Source: a virus (taxonomy: Duplodnaviria; Caudoviricetes). Taken from it: a DNA stretch of 44,161 nt. A program made the translations under genes and the position numbers. Position 1 is the first letter of the stretch, and each line of letters starts with the position of its first letter. Below the pieces are notes generated by a model, which saw nothing but the letters and a program-made list of their open reading frames with translations, was not told the origin of the DNA and made no database searches. Below, piece by piece: positions 27,835 to 35,950 of this stretch. The DNA lies in the IMG/VR virus record IMGVR_UViG_3300036806_000085, positions 1 to 44,161 of that record; one strand, written 5' to 3'.

Positions 27835-28617
27835 TCATGTCGTTTTTGGTGTGCCATCATCGTTGTACATGTTCGGGAACATGACTTCGGCGTCCGATTT
27901 CTTCCGCGGAGTCGCCCCGCCAGCTCCCACGATTTGCGTGCCTTCGCCCATCGACCGCCCGATGCGCGCCAAGAGACGCAACACCGACGGCTTCGAGCCC
28001 CAGCCGGATTCCTTCAGGTCGCTGAGCAGTTCCGGATCGCCGAACGCTTTCAATGCCTGCTGGACCTTCTCGATCGCCACGTCCAGCTTCGCCGGATCGC
28101 CGTGGCCGAGTTCCTTGTCCTTCAGCGCGTTCGTGCGATACTCCTGATCGCGGCGCTCCCAGATTTCTCCGCCTGGCTTCATGGCAGCGACCGCCGTCTC
28201 CCGCGCCTGCGCCGCGGCGTCCGCCTCTTTCACCCGTTCGGTCAGCAGCTTCTCGGCCCCTTTCTGGTCAAGTCCCAGCTCGCGCGCAATGGCGGCTGTC
28301 CTCTCCACGAAAGCAGCGTCGTGCTTCGACCCGTCGGGGAGCTTCAGGTCGTACGATGACGCCTGATTATGTCCAGCGGTGTTCGCGCCAGCGTTGTTGC
28401 CGCCCGCGCCGTCGGCCGCATTGTTTCCAGTCGCTCTATTCCCGTCTGCCCCGCCACCAACCGCGTTGTTTCCCGCGGTGTTGTTCTCGCCCGTCGCGTT
28501 CCCACCCGTGTTGTTTCCAGCACCGGCACCCGTGGCGTTATTGGCCACGGCTGCTGAGTTGTTCGCGCCGTCGGCGTGGCTGGTATTGGCGCCGGCGGAT
28601 GCGAGCGTGTCAGGCAT
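27835..28617 (-). CDS. Capsid scaffolding protein
   Basis: Low-complexity N/A/G N-terminus, YDLKLPDG...ARELGLDQ...LARIGRSMGE C-terminus. Directly upstream of the capsid gene. Confidence 0.8.
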   Translation of the reverse strand: MPDTLASAGANTSHADGANNSAAVANNATGAGAGNNTGGNATGENNTAGNNAVGGGADGNRATGNNAADGAGGNNAGANTAGHNQASSYDLKLPDGSKHDAAFVERTAAIARELGLDQKGAEKLLTERVKEADAAAQARETAVAAMKPGGEIWERRDQEYRTNALKDKELGHGDPAKLDVAIEKVQQALKAFGDPELLSDLKESGWGSKPSVLRLLARIGRSMGEGTQIVGAGGATPRKKSDAEVMFPNMYNDDGTPKTT

Positions 28618-28987
28618 CGGTCTCGTCTCCATCCTTCGAAGGTTTCGGAACCGGCATGTTCCGGTTCCGGGTCATCGCTTCCATCTGCATCTTGAAGTAC
28701 AGTGCCGCGTCCGCCTCGATCATCTCGCCCATGATCTGCAATCCCCATCCCTGCTTCCCTGCGTTCTCGAAGATGTACGGACTCGTCGTCATCATCGGGG
28801 TAAACACGGAACACTCGTTCATGAAATACGCGGCGAGCTCGCGCCCTTCCGGCGTCGCAAGCATGGCGCGATAGGCGTTCATCCGCCTCGCCTTGGCGAA
28901 CTTCTCGAACTGTTCCGCTTCCTTGACCTGCTCCGGATCGCCAGCGTTCTGCACCAGCGACCGGTTGGGCTCGTCGCGTCTCGCCAT
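28610..28987 (-). CDS. Bbp19-like head-module protein
   Basis: MLATPEGR...CSVF...FENAGKQGWGL pattern, between portal and scaffold. Confidence 0.7.
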   Translation of the reverse strand: MARRDEPNRSLVQNAGDPEQVKEAEQFEKFAKARRMNAYRAMLATPEGRELAAYFMNECSVFTPMMTTSPYIFENAGKQGWGLQIMGEMIEADAALYFKMQMEAMTRNRNMPVPKPSKDGDETDA

Positions 28988-29793
28988 CAGCTCGGCACGA
29001 TCTGAAGTGCCACGCCTTCGATTTCCGCTGTGCAGTTATTGTCATTGGCCGTCGTCGCCGTGATGACGGCGTAGTACGTCTCACCGGCCGCGCTCGCGTG
29101 GTCGAACCCGTACGTCTTGGTGTTCGACTGACCGAGCGCGGTATTCGCGGCAACCGTGAGATTCGCGCCCGTGCCGAGCAGCGACGAGTTGGCGGCGCCG
29201 TTCGCGCCTGACGTCATCATGCGGATGTCGAGCGTGACGTTCGTGTTGTTGTTGTTCCCCGCCTGCAGCGATCCGAGCAGGTGCGCGCCGACGAGTCGAT
29301 CGCCGCGTTTGAACCCGAAGAGCGGAACGATCAGCGTTGCCGCGGTGCAGTTCTTCGGCAACGTGGCGATCTTCGAAACATCGTCCGCATGCACGACGAT
29401 CCAGCCAGCGGTCGCGCCGACTTTCGCGCCATAGCCGAAATGCCGGATTTCGGCGCTCGCCGGAATGTCGTTCGCGAGTGTGTACGACAGCGTGTTTGGT
29501 GTGTGGTTGTTTGCGCTCGAGTCGTTCAGCGCGGCCGCGCGGAGGCGGACCTTGATCGGCACACTGCCACCGTTCACGACCGATGTCACGGCTTGGTTCG
29601 CCGCGTAGCCGACCAGCTTGCGGACACCCATATCGCCGGTCGACGGATCCAGCTGTTCCAGGTCGACTTCGAACGCATCGTTTCCGGCCGTCTGGTTCAG
29701 GCCGACGAGGACACTGTCCAGCGCTGGCACCACGATGATGCTCGATGCGTCCTGCGGATGCGCGAAGTTGCCGCTCAGATTCGTTTGGCTCAT
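28987..29793 (-). CDS. Hypothetical beta-rich protein, probably structural
   Basis: 268-aa ORF with GAGG RBS, directly after the portal gene. Confidence 0.7.
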   Translation of the reverse strand: MSQTNLSGNFAHPQDASSIIVVPALDSVLVGLNQTAGNDAFEVDLEQLDPSTGDMGVRKLVGYAANQAVTSVVNGGSVPIKVRLRAAALNDSSANNHTPNTLSYTLANDIPASAEIRHFGYGAKVGATAGWIVVHADDVSKIATLPKNCTAATLIVPLFGFKRGDRLVGAHLLGSLQAGNNNNTNVTLDIRMMTSGANGAANSSLLGTGANLTVAANTALGQSNTKTYGFDHASAAGETYYAVITATTANDNNCTAEIEGVALQIVPS

Positions 29794-29800
29794 GGGATCC

Positions 29801-31636
29801 TCATGAAACGACTGGCGCCGGCGCGGTTGCCGTCGCGTTCACCGTTCTCTTGGCGTTCAGTTTGCCGAGCAACGCCGCGATCGGACTGCCTTCTTGTGGC
29901 GCGACACCGCCGTCCTTCGCCGCTTTCGCGAGCAACGGTGCCTGCTCCGCCGCCTGCTGCCGCTGTTGCGCCTGCTGGCGCGCGCTGCGGATCGCGGCGA
30001 CGGCGTCCGGCGAGCGAAGCAGTTTCGGCGGCACGCCCATGAAGTCCGCGTGCGTGCGGATGAGTTCTTCGTCATTCACGAAGTCGAGCACTTCCGGCGC
30101 CACCTGAGCGATCTGTCCCACGAATCCAGCAAAGCGCTCGACGGCCGCGATCCCGACCATCTTCTGCGCCTGGTGCATGATCGAGATGTATTCTGGGCGG
30201 AGTGGCTGGCCCTGCAGGGCTGGCGGCGCGGGCGGAATCTGCCCTTTCCTGACCATGATGTTGAAGATGCGATCGATGGACGGATCGAACACGTCCTCGT
30301 CGAGCCCTTCGAGCATCGGTCCCAAGGCCAGCAACTTCTCTTCCTTCTTCTCGACGACTTCCGTGGCCGTATCCGGCGTTGCCCGGTCGTCTCCCGTGAA
30401 GAGAATGAACAGGTCCGCGTAGCAACTCTCTTTGATCGCCGCGCGCAGATCCGCGATCGTCTCGCGCACCGGTTGGAGTGCTGCCGCGAAGTCGACCTCG
30501 TAGACCGGCTGAAAGCGCTTCTGCCCCTGCGAGTTCAGGCCGCCGAAGACGATGTCGCCAGGCACGATCGAGGTCTTCGAATTGCGCAGATTTGAGTCCG
30601 CGTTCATCGGCGGCTTGATCATGATTTCCAAGCCCTGCGATGCGCGCTTCCGCCAGACCTGCACTTCCTTCACGTCGCCCAACGCCATCATACCGGGGCA
30701 GTTCGTGCCGTACACGTCTTCGCTATTCCGTTCCCACCGCGCCACGATGATCGGAAACTCGTCGTAGCCCTTGACCTCGAGCACGCCCTGCACGTTCGGA
30801 TCAACGCCTTGGTTCGTGGCGCCGAGTACGTAGTAGCACTGCTGGAACTTCTTGTACTTCGACTCGAACTTGTCTGGCGAGTACGACACATTCGGCTGGA
30901 TGCACTGCACCAAGTCGATCCACGCGGCGACCGTTCGCTGACGCCAGAGCGACTGCACGACCGTCGGGATCGTCGTCTTCGCCCCACGCATGAAGTCCGG
31001 CCGGCCGCTCGCATCGATGTTACCCCAGCGCGTGACGACCTGCTGCACGGTCAGGCGGAACGTGCGGATGAACGTGCGCACCTGATTGCGGTCGTCGTTG
31101 CCGCAGCTGTACATGCCAACGGGATAGTCGTAGCATCGGATGATCGTGTGATCATCCTCGAAGATCCCCATCGCCCCCGTGCCGAACGTCGCGCTGTCGC
31201 CGTACAGGACGGTGAGTTGCTTGTAGAAGTTGGAGCGCGCCATCACGGTCAGGATGCGTTGCTCGACTTCGTACAGCCATTCCTTCACGTCTTCGCGTTC
31301 GTTCAGGTCGGAGTCCGGCGTGCGCAGCTGAAACCACGGACGCGCCGGTGAACTCACGCCGGACATCATGCCGGCCTGAATCGTTCGCACCGCGCGCGGC
31401 GCCGTCGTGTCGACGATCTTCTGGTTGCGCTTGTTGCCCTTGTTCACGCCGGCGATGTAGAACCGACCGCGCGTCGGGCACAGGTAATCGTTCAAGTCCT
31501 GCCAGTGCGAGATGAAGCTCGCGCGCTCCGTCTCGAACTGGACGCGCAGCAACTCGCAATGCTGGCGCAGCGACAACCCCGCAATTGACCCACCGCCCGG
31601 ATCAACGGCGAACTCAGGAAGCAGGCTGATAGCCAC
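29801..31636 (-). CDS. Portal (head-to-tail connector; T7 gp8/Bbp21-like)
   Basis: SPARPWF, FGTG, ARW...YG..PG..ALGD, TATEV..K.EEKL..LGP and EYIS....AQK motifs. Confidence 0.95.
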   Translation of the reverse strand: MAISLLPEFAVDPGGGSIAGLSLRQHCELLRVQFETERASFISHWQDLNDYLCPTRGRFYIAGVNKGNKRNQKIVDTTAPRAVRTIQAGMMSGVSSPARPWFQLRTPDSDLNEREDVKEWLYEVEQRILTVMARSNFYKQLTVLYGDSATFGTGAMGIFEDDHTIIRCYDYPVGMYSCGNDDRNQVRTFIRTFRLTVQQVVTRWGNIDASGRPDFMRGAKTTIPTVVQSLWRQRTVAAWIDLVQCIQPNVSYSPDKFESKYKKFQQCYYVLGATNQGVDPNVQGVLEVKGYDEFPIIVARWERNSEDVYGTNCPGMMALGDVKEVQVWRKRASQGLEIMIKPPMNADSNLRNSKTSIVPGDIVFGGLNSQGQKRFQPVYEVDFAAALQPVRETIADLRAAIKESCYADLFILFTGDDRATPDTATEVVEKKEEKLLALGPMLEGLDEDVFDPSIDRIFNIMVRKGQIPPAPPALQGQPLRPEYISIMHQAQKMVGIAAVERFAGFVGQIAQVAPEVLDFVNDEELIRTHADFMGVPPKLLRSPDAVAAIRSARQQAQQRQQAAEQAPLLAKAAKDGGVAPQEGSPIAALLGKLNAKRTVNATATAPAPVVS

Positions 31637-31637
31637 G

Positions 31638-31895
31638 CTACTCGCCGCCCTGCAGTTTCAGCTCGGCAGCTTCCGATTCTTTCTCGGCCCATGCGTCACA
31701 TGACCAGAAGGCGATACACTCGACACGCGCGCCTTTCACGGTCATCGTCTGCCCAAAATGTCCGATCCATGAGAGGAACGCATCGCCGCGCTCCCATGAC
31801 TCAACGAGTTGCGGATATTCTCCGGCCGGCACCGTGTACTGTCCGGGCTGGTCGTACATATCCAGCGTGGCCAATCCATGCGGGAACTCTCTCAT
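31638..31895 (-). CDS. Hypothetical protein
   Basis: 85 aa, ATGA overlap with the upstream gene. Confidence 0.6.
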   Translation of the reverse strand: MREFPHGLATLDMYDQPGQYTVPAGEYPQLVESWERGDAFLSWIGHFGQTMTVKGARVECIAFWSCDAWAEKESEAAELKLQGGE

Positions 31896-32176
31896 AGACC
31901 GAGCAACGTCTTGCGTTGCGTCGGTGCGGCACCAGCGCCGAGCGGCGACGTTAAGATCGTGGAACTCTGCCCGCTGGCGGCAATCGCTCGCTTCTTTGCA
32001 AGCGCACCAGCCGCCCCTGCCGCCGTGCTGGCGCTCGCCTCGTCATTGACAATCTGCTTTTGTTGGTTGTCGATCAGTGTTTGCGCCTGCCCTTTGGCTT
32101 GCTGCGACTTCTGATTCGCGGTGATCGCCGACACGCCCTGAAAGAGCAGTTCAGCGCCGGCGGCGACGAAGGCCAT
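31892..32176 (-). CDS. Small virion protein upstream of the portal (T7 gp6.7/7.3-like position)
   Basis: C-terminal GQSSTILTSPLG...KTLLG motif is typical of this position. Confidence 0.7.
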   Translation of the reverse strand: MAFVAAGAELLFQGVSAITANQKSQQAKGQAQTLIDNQQKQIVNDEASASTAAGAAGALAKKRAIAASGQSSTILTSPLGAGAAPTQRKTLLGL

Positions 32177-32178
32177 GA

Positions 32179-32742
32179 TCAGCTCCGCGCCTTTGCGGAT
32201 GTCTCGATGAACGGGAAGGCGCGTGCGGCCGCCACGGGACGACGTTTCACGTAAAGCTGATCCATCAGTTCATAGCCCTGACGCTCGACTAAGTGGCCGA
32301 AGTTGAGCTCGTCTTTGGCTTTCGTGTGATGGCAGATGACGTCGATGCCTTCGCCGAACAATTCCTCTTCGCAGAACTTGAAGAACCGAATCGGCATCGT
32401 CCCGCGGTGATTCGGCTGGATGTAAATGACGTCCTGCTGCGCCTGAAGGATCTGCCGGTAGTGGAGGTTCGGCGTAACCACGAACAGGGCATAGCCCACA
32501 AGCGTCCCGCGCGGCACGATGATCTCGAACGGCTCGTCTCCGTAGACCGCGGCATCGTCCGTCCGCGCGGTGAAGGTGCGCAGGGCGCCGTTCCGCTCGA
32601 GCGCATCGTAGCGCTCGCGATCCGGCGTCAGTTCGATGTCTTGGTAGTGTGCGACTTCCTTCCAGTGCGCGAAGAGCAGGGGCAACGCCTCGTCCCAGAT
32701 GGCCTGGGTGAGCGGTTCGCGATGGAATCGCACTAATGGCAT
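32179..32742 (-). CDS. GNAT-fold acetyltransferase-like protein
   Basis: HWKEV...PD..RY..LE..G...LVGY..F.V...LHY...AQQDVIYIQPNHRG pattern. Leaderless start at ATG 32742. Confidence 0.75.
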   Translation of the reverse strand: MPLVRFHREPLTQAIWDEALPLLFAHWKEVAHYQDIELTPDRERYDALERNGALRTFTARTDDAAVYGDEPFEIIVPRGTLVGYALFVVTPNLHYRQILQAQQDVIYIQPNHRGTMPIRFFKFCEEELFGEGIDVICHHTKAKDELNFGHLVERQGYELMDQLYVKRRPVAAARAFPFIETSAKARS

Positions 32743-32748
32743 AACACA

Positions 32749-32777
32749 ACAGTAGCGTCGCAATCTGACACGCGCAA
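32749..32777 (-). promoter_or_regulatory. Promoter at the head of the virion operon, leaderless
   Basis: TTGCGC-17 nt-TACTGT-tgtgtt-ATG. Confidence 0.7.
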
Positions 32778-32809
32778 GATGCAACGATTCAAAAAGACAC
32801 AGGTGGGGT

Positions 32810-32825
32810 TGTTTCACGTGAAACA
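32810..32825. promoter_or_regulatory. parS: parS centromere site (chromosomal ParB/Spo0J consensus)
   Basis: TGTTTCACGTGAAACA is a 16/16 match to the widespread bacterial parS consensus. Intergenic. The palindrome extends to 18 bp. Confidence 0.9.
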
Positions 32826-32867
32826 ATCGAGCGGCGTATCCACCCCAATACAGGATACTCCGCTCGA
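32820..32867 (-). terminator. Intrinsic terminator whose U-tract runs into parS
   Basis: TCGAGCGG-A-GTATCC-11 nt-GGATAC-G-CCGCTCGA followed by TTGTTTC. Confidence 0.65.
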
Positions 32868-32960
32868 CCGTCAATCCACCCAACCGGTGCTTCGAATGTG
32901 CCCCGCCACTCCGCTCACTTCATCGTCCGCCTCCGGGTGTGCATCGCTGTGCCAAGGACG

Positions 32961-32989
32961 ATAGTACAACCGATTTCGCCAAGCGTCAA
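32961..32989 (-). promoter_or_regulatory. Strong sigma70-type promoter just downstream of tRNA-Met
   Basis: TTGACG-17 nt-TACTAT. Confidence 0.75.
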
Positions 32990-32991
32990 CA

Positions 32992-33065
32992 TAGCGGGAG
33001 TGGGATTTGAACCCACGGCCTCGCGGTTATGAGCCGCGCGCGCTACCAGGCTGCGCTATCCCGCG
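32992..33065 (-). tRNA. tRNA with CAU anticodon, initiator(fMet)-like acceptor stem, CCA not encoded
   Basis: CGCGGGA-TA-GCGC-AGCCTGGTA-GCGC-G-CGCGG-CTCATAA-CCGCG-AGGCC-GTGGG-TTCAAAT-CCCAC-TCCCGCT-A. C1:U72 mismatch. Confidence 0.93.
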
Positions 33066-33104
33066 TCAAAGGTGGCATGTTGGCAACGCCTCCCGCGCAC
33101 CCCG

Positions 33105-33133
33105 AAAATGCTCCCGCCTGCTGGCGAAGTCAA
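33105..33133 (-). promoter_or_regulatory. Possible promoter for tRNA-Met
   Basis: TTGACT-17 nt-CATTTT. The -10 is weak. Confidence 0.35.
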
Positions 33134-33149
33134 GAGCCGCGCCGACGCC

Positions 33150-33509
33150 TCAGTCCTTCGGGACGAAGTATATGCAGGTCGCGCAGCGCATCCCGACGCT
33201 TCGATGCTGCCACGTGTCGGCGACGTCATCGGTCGGCATACCTGCGGTCGTTTTCAGTTTGTGGTCGCCGCACCAATCTCGGCGCGTGACGACCGGATAG
33301 CCGTTCATCGTAGGCGCGTGCCGGCGACACCGCCCTAGTGTTGGGTGGTCGGCACTCCGTTTCGACGAATCTGATGGCGCTGATGCGCTTGCGATACTGC
33401 CGTCTTGATAGACCGGAGCGTACTGTCCTGTTTTTACTCTTTCCTCAATCAACTCATGCGGGTAGCCCTTGGCTTCCATTTCTGCGATTGTAAGAAATCT
33501 CGCTCCCAT
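33150..33509 (-). CDS. Small Cys-rich metal-binding protein
   Basis: GRCRRHAP...DWCGDH and CATC motifs. GGAGG RBS. Confidence 0.75.
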   Translation of the reverse strand: MGARFLTIAEMEAKGYPHELIEERVKTGQYAPVYQDGSIASASAPSDSSKRSADHPTLGRCRRHAPTMNGYPVVTRRDWCGDHKLKTTAGMPTDDVADTWQHRSVGMRCATCIYFVPKD

Positions 33510-33527
33510 CGTGTCCTCCCTAAAGTT

Positions 33528-34994
33528 TTATGCGTCGCTATTCGGATCCCAATCAGATCGGTGCCGCGAACTCGATCCGCCAGCCGCAACCACTTCCGGC
33601 GCGTTCATGGACGGCTGATCGACTACGGCGTACGTCACGGTGAGCGCGTCCCAGCGGTCCGGTGAGTGCCCGTTCAGGTTCTTCTTGATCTGGTCCTTCT
33701 CGAGCAGGCGCAGCTTCCCGTGGTCGTAGTAGAACCGTTGGGCCAGCGCTTCCCGTCTCAGTTGCGGGTCGTCCGGCCACGCGGCACCGTCCTTCACCGC
33801 CTCGGCGGCGCGATACCCAATCTCGGCCCGCTTGTTGAAGAACCGCGGGTCGTCCGGCTTTCCGGAGAAGTTCACCGGATAGATCGAGACGCCCGCGAGT
33901 GATGCCTGGTCGATCACGCCGCTGGCGAAGCCGCCAGTGTCGTCGATCAGTTCGAGCTCGGACCCCCACTTCTCTTTGCTCGCCAGCAAGGCGCTCGCAA
34001 TCTCGATCGAGTTCTGCCCGCGCATCGCCTTCAGCTTCCGGACGGCCAACCCCTGCCGCGGCGCGAACACGGTCGCGTCGTCACCAAAGCGGGCGACGTC
34101 GACGCCGATGCGCTTCTGCACGTACTGGTAGACGTCCGGCCGCAGGTGTCGCTTCACGGCTTGGTCGATGTCGTCGGCGCTCAGCAGCGCGTTGATCGCG
34201 GCCGTCGGGAACTTCCCTAGCACCGTCGCCATCACCCACGCGTTGTCGCGGCCGTACTGCTCGATCTGCTCAGCGGCCCATGCGTGGTCAGCGCGCGGAC
34301 TCCGGTCGGGATCCTCAGGGTCGTTCGTGATGATGATGATGATCCACTTGTGCGGCTCGTTCGCGCTGGCGTGGTAGAGCATCCCGTCGTGCGAAGTCGG
34401 GTTGCCCGCCTGCATGATCCGCCCGAACTCGCAGTTCGAGAACCCCTGCTCGGCGGACCGGAGCACGGCCGGCGGGATGTCGCCCGACTCGTCGATGAAG
34501 TAGGCGATGAACTTCGAGTGCAGACCCGACAGCGTGCGCCCCTGCTTCTCAACGTCGGCCTTCGCCGACCACGTACGCGCCGAGATGAACCAGGTGTCCG
34601 GGTGTTCCTTCGCGAAGAACCGCTTCTTCGTATGCTCGAACGCCGCATCCAAGAACTTCGACTGTGCCTTCCAGACCGCGATTTCTTTCCAGAGATTGTC
34701 CTTCAGGTTGTCGCCGGATTCCGAGATCGCGAGCGCCGACGGATGACGCCCAGGCGCCGCATAGCACGCCATGAAGTTCAGCGCGCACCACGCTTCCACT
34801 GCGGTCTTGCCGGGTCCGACGCACGCCTGCAAGGAGAGGCGCGACTTGGCTGTCGCCTGATCGCCGAACGCGCGCAACGCCTTGACCTGCCAGCGGTCCG
34901 GCGTCACGCCGAACTCTTCGACCACCATCTTCACGGGGTCATGCCGCCACTCGGCAAGGCGCTGCTGCGCACGCTCGATGACCGATTCAGACAT
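33528..34994 (-). CDS. terL: Terminase large subunit
   Basis: Walker A ACVGPGKT, Walker B YFIDES, GNPT coupling motif, nuclease IGVDVARFGDD and SPDRWDAL. Confidence 0.96.
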   Translation of the reverse strand: MSESVIERAQQRLAEWRHDPVKMVVEEFGVTPDRWQVKALRAFGDQATAKSRLSLQACVGPGKTAVEAWCALNFMACYAAPGRHPSALAISESGDNLKDNLWKEIAVWKAQSKFLDAAFEHTKKRFFAKEHPDTWFISARTWSAKADVEKQGRTLSGLHSKFIAYFIDESGDIPPAVLRSAEQGFSNCEFGRIMQAGNPTSHDGMLYHASANEPHKWIIIIITNDPEDPDRSPRADHAWAAEQIEQYGRDNAWVMATVLGKFPTAAINALLSADDIDQAVKRHLRPDVYQYVQKRIGVDVARFGDDATVFAPRQGLAVRKLKAMRGQNSIEIASALLASKEKWGSELELIDDTGGFASGVIDQASLAGVSIYPVNFSGKPDDPRFFNKRAEIGYRAAEAVKDGAAWPDDPQLRREALAQRFYYDHGKLRLLEKDQIKKNLNGHSPDRWDALTVTYAVVDQPSMNAPEVVAAGGSSSRHRSDWDPNSDA

Positions 34995-35069
34995 TCACTG
35001 TCGCTTGTGCAGGTGTTTTGCCGCGATTCTCGGCACCCTCTGTCGCGATGCTGTGTCCTGTCGCGACAC

Positions 35070-35624
35070 TCATGCTGGCTTCCTTTCCATCGAGCCCGCG
35101 ACCAGTTCTTCGAGCCCGATGCGCGCGCCGGCTGAGGTCAGATCGACCTTGTCGCCGTACTGCTTTGGGTTCGCCATCTTCGCCCGCCAGCGGTAGTTAT
35201 CCTCTTTCAGCCGTGCGAGTTGCACGTCCTCTTTCGTGGCGGTTTCGACCGTTTCCGTGCTGCGATCTTCCCACGATTCGCCGCTGGCTTCGCGCGCGCG
35301 CGCGTACAGTGCATGGAGTTCGTGATCTTGGGCTTTCCACATCCAGAGTTGTCGCCACGTCGTACGCTCGGCGGAGCACGCGGCGTGGATGCGTTCGCCT
35401 TGGGTGATGCGCGCGCAGACGGCTTCGAAGATGTCGCGGACGGTGCGCTGCTTGGGTGGTGGGGCGACGTAGATGGTGAGCGCGACGCGCCGGTCTTCCG
35501 CCGAAGGTTCCGGCTTCGGTGGGATGGCAGCGACCCGGCGCGCGCGCTTCGCGTTCCGATCGGTGGTCGGCTTCCGTCCTTTCTTCACTCTTTCACCCTT
35601 TGCGTGGTTTTTCACGTGCTTCAC
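35070..35624 (-). CDS. terS: Terminase small subunit
   Basis: ICARI..GE HTH-like region, YARAR, ARLKEDNYRWRAKMANPKQYGDKVD (Sf6-like). Upstream of terL. Start uncertain. Confidence 0.85.
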   Translation of the reverse strand: MKHVKNHAKGERVKKGRKPTTDRNAKRARRVAAIPPKPEPSAEDRRVALTIYVAPPPKQRTVRDIFEAVCARITQGERIHAACSAERTTWRQLWMWKAQDHELHALYARAREASGESWEDRSTETVETATKEDVQLARLKEDNYRWRAKMANPKQYGDKVDLTSAGARIGLEELVAGSMERKPA

Positions 35625-35683
35625 GCCGACTGCCTTCCGGCCAGCGCTTTCCGGCGCTGATAGACGCTCTCGATCTGCCGGCA

Positions 35684-35950
35684 CTACGGGCACCAGTTCG
35701 GCGCCGCGCCCTGCTGCTTCGCCCACCGAAAGTCTTTGCCGCAGTAGCACTTCCGGAGCAGGATGCGGGACACGCGCGGCTCCCGCTTCTGGATGGCAAA
35801 GGAGGGGTTCTTGGCGATCAGGGACGTGAGCGCTGCGTGGTGCGCGCAGACCTTCACGCCCGCGATAACCGTGACCGCATGTTCGCCGTCCATGAACCCA
35901 CACAACCCATACTGCCCGTGGCGATTGCCGCCGCGCGTGATGCTGCTCAC
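35684..35950 (-). CDS. Small Cys/His-rich hypothetical protein
   Basis: CGF...VCAHH and CYCGKDF...WCP motifs. GTGA overlap with the upstream gene. Confidence 0.55.
   Translation of the reverse strand: MSSITRGGNRHGQYGLCGFMDGEHAVTVIAGVKVCAHHAALTSLIAKNPSFAIQKREPRVSRILLRKCYCGKDFRWAKQQGAAPNWCP

Noticed and set aside
32243-32258. Second parS-like sequence CGTTTCACGTAAAGCT
   Set aside because: Only 12/16 matches, not palindromic, and inside a CDS.
32845-32874. Additional minus-strand promoter starting TTGACG
   Set aside because: No acceptable -10 at 16-18 nt spacing. The sequence is better explained as the terminator stem.
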